The notes under the pieces: model-generated
The model's input: only the letters and a program-made list of their open reading frames with translations
Database searches by the model: none
What the model was told of the DNA's origin: nothing
Translations under genes and position numbers: made by a program
NCBI GenBank assembly: GCA_030745695.1
Contig: JASLOB010000001.1
Coordinates: 936 to 64,935 of the forward strand
DNA length: 64,000 nucleotides
Source: Candidatus Nanoarchaeia archaeon
GTDB taxonomy: Archaea > Nanobdellota > Nanobdellia > SCGC-AAA011-G17 > JACPNG01
Direction: 5' to 3'
In this document: in pieces, positions 1 through 9,351 of the stretch
How the letters are laid out: each line of letters begins with the position of its first letter
Position numbering within the stretch: position 1 is the first letter of the stretch

Positions 1-2915
1 CTCAAAACAGCGATGAAGGACATGGCAAGCTGTGATAAGCCCTGGGTAGGTGCACGCAGCCTTTGAACCAGGGATGTCTGAATAGGACTTCCGATATATT
101 CCGAAAGGAAAGCCAACTCGGTGAATTGAAGCGTCTTAGTAACCGAAGGAAAAGAAATTAACCAAGATTCTGTGATTAGCAGCGAGCGAAAACAGAAGAG
201 AGCAAACTGAATTTCTTATAGTAATATAAGATAGATGTGGTGTTGTAAGACTCACTTTCGATCCTCCAAACTCAGCCAAAGTTTCCTGGAAAGGAACGCT
301 ATAAAGAGTGATAGCCTCGTAGGTTGAACTAAAAGGATTTGTGAGTATCTTGAGTAGTGTTTCTTGGATATGAAGCATGAAGCTAGGAGTCATTAACTTC
401 TAACTCTAAATATGTTTTGAGTCCGATAGCGTATAGTATAGTGATAAAACGTTGAAAAGTACCCTTAGCAGGGTGTGAAAAGATCCTGAAACCTAATAGT
501 AATAGAATGATACTGCTATTCGTAGTTGTATCGTACGTTTAGAATAACGGGCCAGGGAGTTGATCTAAGTGGCGAGAATAATTCGTAATAAGAAGCATTC
601 GTAACGAAAGTAAAATCTCGCAGTTTACGAGGAGATAGGTTTTAATCAGTCTAAGTCACTTGGGTCTAACCAGAAACCAAGCGATCTAATCTTGGGCAAG
701 GTGAAGTGGTCTTAACAGACCATGGAGGCCTGAAGGGATTCTGTGTGCATGCGACCCTATGACCTGAGATTAGGGGTGAAAAGCTAATCGAGCTTGGTGA
801 TAGCTGGTTCCTATCGAAATATGCCGAAGTATAGTCTCAAGCGAGATAGCTAGGATTGTAGAGCTACGGATTTGGAGGTTAGGGGTAGAAATACCTCGCC
901 TTCTTGTCCAACTCCAAATGTCCTAGCGTTGTAGACCTTGGGAATCAGGGGAGCGCGGTAAGCGTGTTTTCCAATAGGGGAACCACCCTCTCTATAGTTA
1001 AGGTCCCAAAATGCTAATTAAGTGTGAAAGGGTGAAGGGTGTATATCTGCTTAGACAGCTGGGAGGTTGGCTTAGAAGCAGCCATCCTTTAAAGAAAGCG
1101 TAATAGCTCACCAGTCAAGGAGGTATGCCCCGAAAATGGACGGGGCTAAATTAGCTACCGATACTATAGACTCCAGAAATGGATGTGGTAGATAGGCGTT
1201 CTGTAAGGACAGAAGTTTTCTTGTAAAAGGAGATGGACCTTATAGAAATGAGAATCCTGGCGGTAGTAGGATCAGAACAGAGTGAGAATCTCTGATACCG
1301 TAAGACTAAGGTTTTCTTAGCAATATAGTTTAGCTAAGAGTAAGTCGATCCTAACTAAGTTCCTAATTGGACACTTGGGAAAGGGAAACAGGTTAATATT
1401 CCTGTACTATCTAAATTTTTGCTTAAGTTAAACTTTGGGATAAACTAACAATTCTCGTCGGGATTGTTCTTAAAAACAAGTTAGTGGAGTACTGTAATAG
1501 TGAGAAACTGACTAAGTTTAGGAAGCTAGCAATAGTTTAGTTGAGTCCTAGAGTCCGTGAAAGAAGCTTAAGGCCGGTTTAGATAATCGTACCCAGAACC
1601 TGCACTGGTGGTCTAGCTGAGAAGGCTAAGGTATGAGAGAACAATCTAACTAAGGGAATTCGGCAAAATAGCTCCGTGTCTTCGGTATAAGGAGTCCCTG
1701 CGATTGTTAGTTTAGCTAGCGATTACAGGGTGCAATGACAAGGGGGGTCCGACTGTTTAACAAAAACACAGCAATCTGCTAGCCAGCAATGGTTTGTATA
1801 GATTGCCACGTCTGCCCAGTGCTAGTACTTGAAACTCTTTTCCAAGAGAGCTAAGAGCTAGTAAACGGCGGGAATAACTATAATTCTCTTAAGGTAGCGA
1901 AATGCCTTGCCGTTTGAATGACGGCCTGCATGAATGGCGTAACGAGATCTCCACTGTCCCTAGTTAGAGTCTCCTGAACACACTATTCTGGTGCAAAAGC
2001 CAGAGATGCCTAGTGGGAAGTAAAGACCCCGTGGAACTTTACTGTAGTATGTTGTTGCGATGTGGAACTTATTGTGCAGTATAGGTAGGAGTTGCTATGG
2101 CTTGGTCGTCAGATCAAGTCTAGACAAAAGTGAGATACTACCCTTTAAGTTTTATATTGCTCACCTCATGGGACATCAGCATGCGGACAGTTTGGCTGGG
2201 GCGGCACCCTGCTGAAAGGATATCAGCAGGACCCAGAGGTAAGCTCATCCAGTTTAGAAATCTGGAGTAGAGTGTAAGAGCAAAAGCTTGCCTGACTGTG
2301 TTTTTAACAGTAGGAAACGCAGGAACGAAAGTTGGGTCTAGTGAACGTCTGTACCTCTTTAATGGGGGTCAGATATTATAGAAAAGCTATCCCGGGGATA
2401 ATTGAGTCGTAGCGCCTAAGAGCTCAGATCGACGGCGCTGCTTGCTACTTCGATGTCGGCTCTTCCTATCCTGGGTGTGCAGAATTGTACACAGGAAGGG
2501 TTACTCAATTAGTTTTTACTTTTGTAAACTACGTTGAAACAATAATACTCTTTCATGTCCACTGTGGGCGCCCAAGGGTGAAGGTGTTCACTTATTAAAA
2601 GGGATCGTGAGCTGGGTTAAGTACGTTGTGAGACAGTATGTATAATATCTACTAGGTATGTCCAAGATCTGAATGGAAGGACCCTTTAGTACGAGAGGAA
2701 CAAGGGTTCGGCGCCTCTAGTTTACCTGTTGTCTGATAAGGCAGGCAGGGCAGCCACGCGCTATGGGATAAGAGCTGAAAGCATCTAAGCTCGAAACCCT
2801 CCGTGAAAATAGATTTAAAGCACTCTTCATAACAGGAGTTTGATAGGCTCGGGGTGTAAGCTTCAAGGCAACGAGAAGTTCAGCCTGCGAGTACTAATAG
2901 CTTAAATTGCCATAT
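1..2915 (+). rRNA. rrl: 23S rRNA (5' end truncated by window; 3' end approximate), contains an intron
   Basis: Universal LSU motifs: GAATTGAAG..TCTTAGTA, AACTATAA..CTCTTAAGGTAGCGAA, GTTTGGCTGGGGCGG, TCGATGTCGGCTC, sarcin-ricin loop AGTACGAGAGGAAC, GCTGAAAGCATCTAAG. No 5S gene directly downstream. Confidence 0.98.
2485..2567 (+). other. 83-nt BHB-type intron in the 23S rRNA helix 91 loop
   Basis: Removal restores GGGTGT-GCAGAA-GCGCCC. Central helix GCAG/CTGT with bulges AA|T and GG|G; inner helix TGTACA/TGTCCA; outer helix imperfect. Confidence 0.8.
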
Positions 2916-3006
2916 CTATGTATGTTTTATTTTTTTTAAAATTCTTTATATTATATTAATCAATTAGATCTCTCTTAAGAATCATATTCCTAAAAATCAA
3001 TAAAAT

Positions 3007-3426
3007 TTATTCTCTTAAATAAGGTTTTCTTAATCTATCTATCCAATCTGCATGGAATTCATATCCATTACCCCAAGATCTTAATTTATTAACTATCTCT
3101 CTTTTTCCTATTACAATTTCTTTAAACATTTTTAGGGCAAGACCATCTTTTTTAGAGGGAGGATTACTAATTTTTGGCACTTTGATTCCACCTAAGCTGT
3201 CATACTCCCCAAGCATATAACAAGGTGTTAAGATTACATATTCATTTCCTCTAACTTTTTTAACATTAGTTATAACTCCTAACCTAAGACCAGCATCAAC
3301 TCTTCTTGATTTCAAAAGAAGTAATTCATATCTCTCAACTTCTTTTATCTTTCCTTCAACTATTCCTGCACCATTTAAGTTATTACTAAATTGCATTGGT
3401 AGCATGATTTCTAATTTTTCTATCAT
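3007..3426 (-). CDS. hypothetical protein
   Basis: 139-aa ORF with upstream TATA-like TTTATAAA; no motif recognised. Confidence 0.6.
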   Translation of the reverse strand: MIEKLEIMLPMQFSNNLNGAGIVEGKIKEVERYELLLLKSRRVDAGLRLGVITNVKKVRGNEYVILTPCYMLGEYDSLGGIKVPKISNPPSKKDGLALKMFKEIVIGKREIVNKLRSWGNGYEFHADWIDRLRKPYLRE

Positions 3427-3499
3427 GAAAACTTTCAGAAAATAACGGTTTATAAAACTTTATTTTTTCAACTCATCAAATCTTTCTTTTAAAAGAATT

Positions 3500-4762
3500 C
3501 TATTTCCCTTCGGCTGTTAATCTTGCATTATCAATAAAACCATCAGGAGTCCAAAAACCTTTAAGGAAAGCTTTATCTATAAGACTTCTTCCCTCTCCTT
3601 CATAAGAAACACCACGCTTTTCAAATTCTTCCAAAGCTCTTTTAACTGGTTGAGCACAATATCTTAATTCACTAACTAAACTGTATTTTGGATTACCCTG
3701 GGTATCAAAACTATCCTTATGATATTCAACAAAACCTAAAGGAAAATTAGGATCTAATGTAACTTCAGATAATAGTCTAACTCTAGTGTCATAATCTAAA
3801 TCTTTATTACCTAAAAGAGAAATAGCATATTGACCCAATCTAGCTTCGTAATCAGATAATCTATTACCATCTTGAGCATCTTGGTATATCCCATCAAATT
3901 TATGTCCTATATCCAATTTTCTTTGAGTTTCAGGAGAATCCTTAACATCACCAAAAATAACTCTCTCATAAAATTGAGCAACAGATTCTAAAGTTGATTC
4001 ATTTACTGCTGAACTTTTTCTAAGGAAATAAGGAAGTCCATCTGATTTAGACAACATATGATTCAAACCATGACCCATTCCCTCATGACCATACAATCTA
4101 ATTAATTCTCTCTCCCTTATACCAAGACTACCATCTTCATTAAGATAATAAATATTTGGTATTCCTAATGCTAAAGTATTTGTCAGAGGACTAAAATAAG
4201 ATCTATCTTGTTCTGTAGGAACAGCATGTATATCCCTTAAAAAATCTCCCACTTCTGTCAATTGTTTCAACATTTTACCCAATGTAGTGTGATATCTTTG
4301 AATATCATCTTCTGCATTTTCTTGAGCCCTTCTTCTTATACTAGGAACGTCCAAAGGAAGTTGCAATTCATAACTTTCAACATCATTAGTTTTAAATAAT
4401 CTCTCAATAGATTCAAAAGCATCATCTCTATTCAACTCTAACCAAGGTCTTAATTCTTCTATATCTTTTCTAGGAATTCCATGAATATCAATCACAGTAT
4501 CAAAATCATAATGCCTACCACTTAACCTTTGTTCAATCCTACTAGCTTCAGCAACTAATCTTCTTTTTAATTCAGAATCAACTAATTCCCCTCTAGAATT
4601 CACATTTCTTACATCTGGTAAACTTTCTACTAATGAATTTAATCCACCGACTATATTAGCAGCTTCTTTATAAGGAAAAACTGTATATTTACTCTCAAAT
4701 CTACCTAATTTCTCTATTCTCTTTAATAATTTTTCAGCTTCCAAAACAATAACTTCATTCAT
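3500..4762 (-). CDS. putative zincin-like metallopeptidase
   Basis: 420-aa ORF with GHEGMGH (HExxxH) followed by a downstream Glu-containing helix (ESTLES). Confidence 0.6.
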   Translation of the reverse strand: MNEVIVLEAEKLLKRIEKLGRFESKYTVFPYKEAANIVGGLNSLVESLPDVRNVNSRGELVDSELKRRLVAEASRIEQRLSGRHYDFDTVIDIHGIPRKDIEELRPWLELNRDDAFESIERLFKTNDVESYELQLPLDVPSIRRRAQENAEDDIQRYHTTLGKMLKQLTEVGDFLRDIHAVPTEQDRSYFSPLTNTLALGIPNIYYLNEDGSLGIRERELIRLYGHEGMGHGLNHMLSKSDGLPYFLRKSSAVNESTLESVAQFYERVIFGDVKDSPETQRKLDIGHKFDGIYQDAQDGNRLSDYEARLGQYAISLLGNKDLDYDTRVRLLSEVTLDPNFPLGFVEYHKDSFDTQGNPKYSLVSELRYCAQPVKRALEEFEKRGVSYEGEGRSLIDKAFLKGFWTPDGFIDNARLTAEGK

Positions 4763-4870
4763 AACATAAAAATCAATTTTGCCTTTATAAATCTTTCTAT
4801 TTGTAACTTCTTATAAGTAATGACATATGATAAAAGATTATAAACAAATAAATTAATTGGCTATCAAAAT

Positions 4871-5029
4871 TTATTTTTTCAGTTCATCAAATCTTTCTAG
4901 AGGAATAAAAGTACATTCTTCATTTAATTTACATTTTTTACATGTTATTTTTATCATTTCTGGAGAATTAAATTCTATATCATTATTTTCTAAAAACTTA
5001 TGTAAATTTTTTAGATGTTCACATCCCAT
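4871..5029 (-). CDS. small Cys/His-rich protein (52 aa, not in ORF track)
   Basis: MGCEHLKNL...ITCKKCKLNEECTF; its ATG overlaps the upstream stop (TAATG). Confidence 0.6.
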   Translation of the reverse strand: MGCEHLKNLHKFLENNDIEFNSPEMIKITCKKCKLNEECTFIPLERFDELKK

Positions 5030-5493
5030 TATTCTAAACCCCAATCATCTCCTATAGGTTTTCTTTTTGGTCTTTTATCATCAATTTTTTTATTATTAAC
5101 TTTTTTATCTTGTGTTTTAAAATAAACATCTCTATGAGATTTTAATCTTTTTAATTTAGCAATTAATATATTTCTAATTTTATCCCATAAAACTTTCTCA
5201 AAATCTTTTTCTTTTAACATATCTGGATAAACAGATATAAAATCTATTCTTTGGTTATGATAGATAGCTTGTTTTCTTTTCATTGATCTTTGATATTGAT
5301 CTTTATCTACCATCCCAAAATATTCTATAACAATATTAAAATCATCTAAATAAAAATCAGGGTGCCATATTTGCATCTTATCATCTAATTGATCTTTGAT
5401 TAAAATAGGTTTTTCATAAGTAAAAATAATTTTTCTTTTCTTTAAAAATTCAGCAATCTTCTTTTCACCATCTGATTTAAATTTTGGAGGCAT
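5029..5493 (-). CDS. PD-(D/E)xK-type endonuclease-like protein
   Basis: S.GE..IA..L, YE, HPDFYL, IEYFG motifs. Likely start MPPKFKS at 5493, downstream of a TATA box. Confidence 0.7.
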   Translation of the reverse strand: MPPKFKSDGEKKIAEFLKKRKIIFTYEKPILIKDQLDDKMQIWHPDFYLDDFNIVIEYFGMVDKDQYQRSMKRKQAIYHNQRIDFISVYPDMLKEKDFEKVLWDKIRNILIAKLKRLKSHRDVYFKTQDKKVNNKKIDDKRPKRKPIGDDWGLE

Positions 5494-5580
5494 TATATTA
5501 AGATTGATAATGAATATAAAAAGATTTAGTTTATTAAGGTTAAACATAAGTTTTATAAGACTAATTCTTGTAATAGCCGC

Positions 5581-6591
5581 ATGAGAATAAGAAGAAAAAC
5601 TAAAGAAAATCTACTTTTTGGATTGTTAATCTTATTAGTATTATCTATATTATTAAATGCTTTTTTATTCTCAGAATATATATTTTTAGATTTTTTAAAT
5701 CCAAATAATGATTTTAAATTAGAAGAAGTTATAAAAAAATCAACTCCAGCTGTTGTTTCTATATTCTCTTCAGGCAAATCAGGATCGGGAGTGATTGTAG
5801 AAGATAATGGGTATATATTAACGAATGAACATGTTGTTTCTGGAGAAGAAAATATAACTATACTATTAGAAGATAATAGAATCTATCAAGCAAAAGTAGT
5901 AGGAATGGATGACAAAACAGATATTGCTTTATTAAAAATAGATGAAGATAATCTTCCAACTTTGAAATTTGGAAATTCTAATAGAGTAGAGGTTGGACAA
6001 CAAGTTATTACAATAGGACATCCTTTTGGATTAGCACATACAGTTACTACAGGAATTGTTTCTGGAAAGCATAGAAATAGGGGTCCAACATTATACCGAG
6101 ATTTTATACAAACAGATGCTTCTATCAACCCAGGAAATTCAGGAGGACCTTTACTAAATAAAGAAGGAAAAGTTATAGGATTGAACACATTTATTGTTTC
6201 AGATATAAATGCAGGAGAATCAGGATTTGCAATTCCAATTAATTTAGTAGAAAAAGTTTATGATCAATTATTAGAAGATGGAATAGTTGAAAGAGGTTAT
6301 TTTGGGGTTGATGTTATAGATATTGTAAATGTAAATAATAACACAAGAGAGGGTAGAATAGAAAAAGGATCTGAAATCGTTAATATTCAAAATGAAAGTG
6401 CTGCAGATAAAGCTGGATTAAAGATAGGAGACAAAATTATTGTATTAAACAACATTACAATTGAAAATACTAATCATTTAAGAAATGAGATAGCTTGGAT
6501 TTCTCCAGGAGAAAAAGCTTTAGTTACTATATTAAGAGATGATGAACAAATTGAAATTGAAATAGTTCTAGATCAAAGACCTGACGAGTAA
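5581..6591 (+). CDS. htrA: membrane-anchored HtrA/DegP serine protease with PDZ domain
   Basis: TNEHV, DIALLK and GNSGGPL catalytic-triad motifs; N-terminal TM helix; C-terminal PDZ. Confidence 0.95.
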   Translation: MRIRRKTKENLLFGLLILLVLSILLNAFLFSEYIFLDFLNPNNDFKLEEVIKKSTPAVVSIFSSGKSGSGVIVEDNGYILTNEHVVSGEENITILLEDNRIYQAKVVGMDDKTDIALLKIDEDNLPTLKFGNSNRVEVGQQVITIGHPFGLAHTVTTGIVSGKHRNRGPTLYRDFIQTDASINPGNSGGPLLNKEGKVIGLNTFIVSDINAGESGFAIPINLVEKVYDQLLEDGIVERGYFGVDVIDIVNVNNNTREGRIEKGSEIVNIQNESAADKAGLKIGDKIIVLNNITIENTNHLRNEIAWISPGEKALVTILRDDEQIEIEIVLDQRPDE

Positions 6592-6622
6592 AGCTTATAA
6601 ATCGATAAAATAAAATTTATAT

Positions 6623-6932
6623 GTAGGAAGGTGTCTAACTTTCGAGATTATCTTGAGGAAAGTCCGTCCACCAATTATAGGTTGCTTCTGCAAAGAAGTC
6701 CCAGAAATGGGAGGCAACCGCTAAGAAACGACACGGCCTATTAGAGCAAGGATGTTGTGAAAGTTTTAGTAATAGAACTGAGATAACCAACTGAGTATTT
6801 TGATAGGATACGTTGAAACGACGAGTCCCAACCGGTGCAAGTCTTAGACGCTTAGTTGAATGTTAGAATGAACTTTCAATGATCCATTTTTAATGGTTAG
6901 AGTTCAACAGAAGATGGCTTATGCCTTCCTAC
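6623..6932 (+). ncRNA. rnpB: RNase P RNA
   Basis: P1 GTAGGAAGG/CCTTCCTAC, CR-I GAGGAAAGTCC, GAAAC motifs, GGTGCAAG, CR-V AACAGAAGATGGCTTAT, P2 TCTAAC/GTTAGA. Confidence 0.92.
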
Positions 6933-6933
6933 T

Positions 6934-7395
6934 TTAATATATTAATTCTCCAGTTCTACTTGAATTTAATCCCCTACTCTCAATTCTAATCTCTCCTCTA
7001 GATGTAACTTTACCAATAACTTTAGACTCAATATTATGTGTTCTTGCAACCTCAATAACTTCTTTTGGTTCAGGAGTTATGATAATCATGCCTTGTCCCA
7101 TATTCCAAGTCCTATATGCTTCTTCATCTGTAACATTTCCATGTTGTTAACAATAAAACATTAGTTCAAAAGGATTAAAAGGATTATAAATATCTGCACC
7201 TAATCCATTTGGTTTTAAAATCCTAGACAATTTTCCTGGAATCCCACCTCCAGTTATATGTGCAATTCCATGTATCTTAGCTTTTGGTTCTCCACCAAAA
7301 CCTCCAAACATATCAACAACTGCTTTAGTATAAATTCTCGAAGGATGTAAAACTAAATCTCCTAAACTTTCAAAACCATACTTAAATTTATGCCA
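6934..7395 (-). pseudogene. purM: purM (AIR synthase) C-terminal half with premature TAA at 7147-7149
   Basis: LVLHPSRIY...IHGIAHITGGGIPGKL...YC*QHGNVTDEEAYRTWNMGQGM; the reading frame continues to a stop at 6934. Confidence 0.9.
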
Positions 7396-7710
7396 TCCAT
7401 CTCCATTAGGAACTAGGATATCTGCTCTTGAGAAACATGATTCATAGACAAAACTAGCTTCAAATAAAGGTTTTTTCTTTTTTAAAGAATCTTTAGATAT
7501 TTCTAAGTTTACTTTAAAATCCTTAAATGGGAGGTCAATTCCATCTGGATATAATTTTTTAGCTAATATTCCTATTTTAGTACCTTGATCCATAACAAAT
7601 TGATCTGCTACTGTAGGTTCTTCTATTTTATGATTTTCATGTATAAATGTCCATAAATGATTATAACAGTTTATACCCATTAAGTATTTAGATTTAGTTA
7701 ATAGTTGCAT
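7393..7710 (-). pseudogene. N-terminal fragment of a DUF2779-associated nuclease-like protein, fused in frame to the purM C-half
   Basis: LTKSKYL.G..C...LW, G..IG.LA..LYP.G, LFEASF, RADIL; breaks off before the expected EVK motif. Confidence 0.7.
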
Positions 7711-7811
7711 TATTCAATTAAGTGAATTAGATTTATAAATTATTCGTTAGTTTACTAAAAGGGTTTATAAGTCTAGATAACATATTATAATTATAGGAGA
7801 AATTAAAAAAA

Positions 7812-8498
7812 ATGAACCAAATAATACCAAAAGCATTGTTCTATGCATATGAAAAACATAAGAAAGATAAAAGAAAAGGTACAACCATTCCATATATAGT
7901 TCACCCAGTTGATGTTGCTTCTATTTTGATTAAAGAAAGAAATCATTCTAAAGTATCTGATGAATTGATAGCTGCTGGTTTACTACATGATGTTGTTGAA
8001 GACACTGAGACTTCATTTAAAGATATTGAAAAGGAATTCGGAAAAAAAGTAATGATTCTAGTTAAAGCTGCTTCAGAGCCTGAAAAACATAAAGTGGAGT
8101 CTGAAAAGGAGAAAAGAAAAAGTTGGAAAGGAAGGAAAGAGCATACAATTGAACTTATCAAAAAAGAGAAGAGAGATGCTAAACTACTCAGCTGCGCAGA
8201 TAAGCTTGCCAATATAAGGGACATGATTAATGATAAATTTACTGGTAATGAAAAAGAATTCTGGAAAAGATTCAATACCTCACCTGAAGAGACTAAGTGG
8301 TATTATCAAATTATGTGTAAAGCTTATAGATTTGGAGATAATATCAAAGATACTAATACATTCAAAATGTTTGCAAGGGAAGTAAAAACATTAACAGGTG
8401 AAAAGCCTATGAAAAAAGAAAGAAGAACAAAAGAAGACAAAAGACAAGAAGAATTAGATATAAAAGATTATACTGAAATGTCTTATCAGAATAGTTAA
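7812..8498 (+). CDS. stand-alone HD-domain (p)ppGpp hydrolase-like protein (SAH/Mesh1-like)
   Basis: H...RKG...PYIVHP, LLHDVVEDT, ADKLAN motifs; no synthetase domain. Confidence 0.88.
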   Translation: MNQIIPKALFYAYEKHKKDKRKGTTIPYIVHPVDVASILIKERNHSKVSDELIAAGLLHDVVEDTETSFKDIEKEFGKKVMILVKAASEPEKHKVESEKEKRKSWKGRKEHTIELIKKEKRDAKLLSCADKLANIRDMINDKFTGNEKEFWKRFNTSPEETKWYYQIMCKAYRFGDNIKDTNTFKMFAREVKTLTGEKPMKKERRTKEDKRQEELDIKDYTEMSYQNS

Positions 8499-8510
8499 TA
8501 AGAAAAGAAA

Positions 8511-8729
8511 ATGACAAATAAGAAAAAATTAACAAAATCAAGGAAAGAATATATGGATGAATGGGATAAAATTGAAAAAAAAGTTATGGATGAAATAGAT
8601 GAAGTAACAGAAAAAAAAGCATTTAAATCTGATTCTTTTTTAACTAAAGTGATGAATAAACAAGAAGATGAACTTTTAGGTTATAATGGTTGTAGCATGG
8701 AAAAAAGTTCTATTAAGTTTGTAAGATAA
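8511..8729 (+). CDS. hypothetical protein, possibly a fragment
   Basis: 72-aa ORF directly after the HD gene. Confidence 0.4.
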   Translation: MTNKKKLTKSRKEYMDEWDKIEKKVMDEIDEVTEKKAFKSDSFLTKVMNKQEDELLGYNGCSMEKSSIKFVR

Positions 8730-8778
8730 AATTAAAATAACAATAATATTTAAATAAATTAAGAAAATAGATATTTTA

Positions 8779-9297
8779 ATGGAAGATGAAGGTTTTTTTA
8801 AAGGAATATTAAAAACATATCTAATCTTATTTGTTATAAATGTTGTAATAGCTTTTATTCTTTTTCAATTTTCTCCAGAATCCATACCTACATCCTCTGA
8901 TGGTTTTGAATTCGGAGATTATGAAAATAGTACAAGAATTTTTTTCTTTCCTTTATTTCAAATAATGTTTTTATTTATAGGATTAATACTCTATTATATG
9001 GCTCCTTTAATGAATACTCTTTTGTTTTTTTTCCGTGGAAAATATATGAAATTTTTTAGTTGGATGTTTGGAACAGAGGTTAATGAAGAAAACTTTACAT
9101 ATTTTATTAAAAAATATACTAAAGCATTGATTCTAACCGTATCTATAGCTGTTATTCTTAGCTACATCCCATTATTAGCATTTATATTTGAATTAGAATC
9201 TATAATGTTCTTATTTTTAATTTATTTTATTGTTCTTATTATAGGTGGGATAGCTTCCATAGTCTACTTTTGTAGAAAATTGAATCAAACTTATTAA
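8779..9297 (+). CDS. hypothetical membrane protein
   Basis: About four hydrophobic segments. Confidence 0.7.
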   Translation: MEDEGFFKGILKTYLILFVINVVIAFILFQFSPESIPTSSDGFEFGDYENSTRIFFFPLFQIMFLFIGLILYYMAPLMNTLLFFFRGKYMKFFSWMFGTEVNEENFTYFIKKYTKALILTVSIAVILSYIPLLAFIFELESIMFLFLIYFIVLIIGGIASIVYFCRKLNQTY

Positions 9298-9351
9298 ATT
9301 TTAAAGAATACAATAATACTTAATAAGAGTATAATTTCTTAGCAATCTAAA

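Noticed and set aside
136..393. 85-aa ORF
   Set aside because: Antisense to 23S rRNA.
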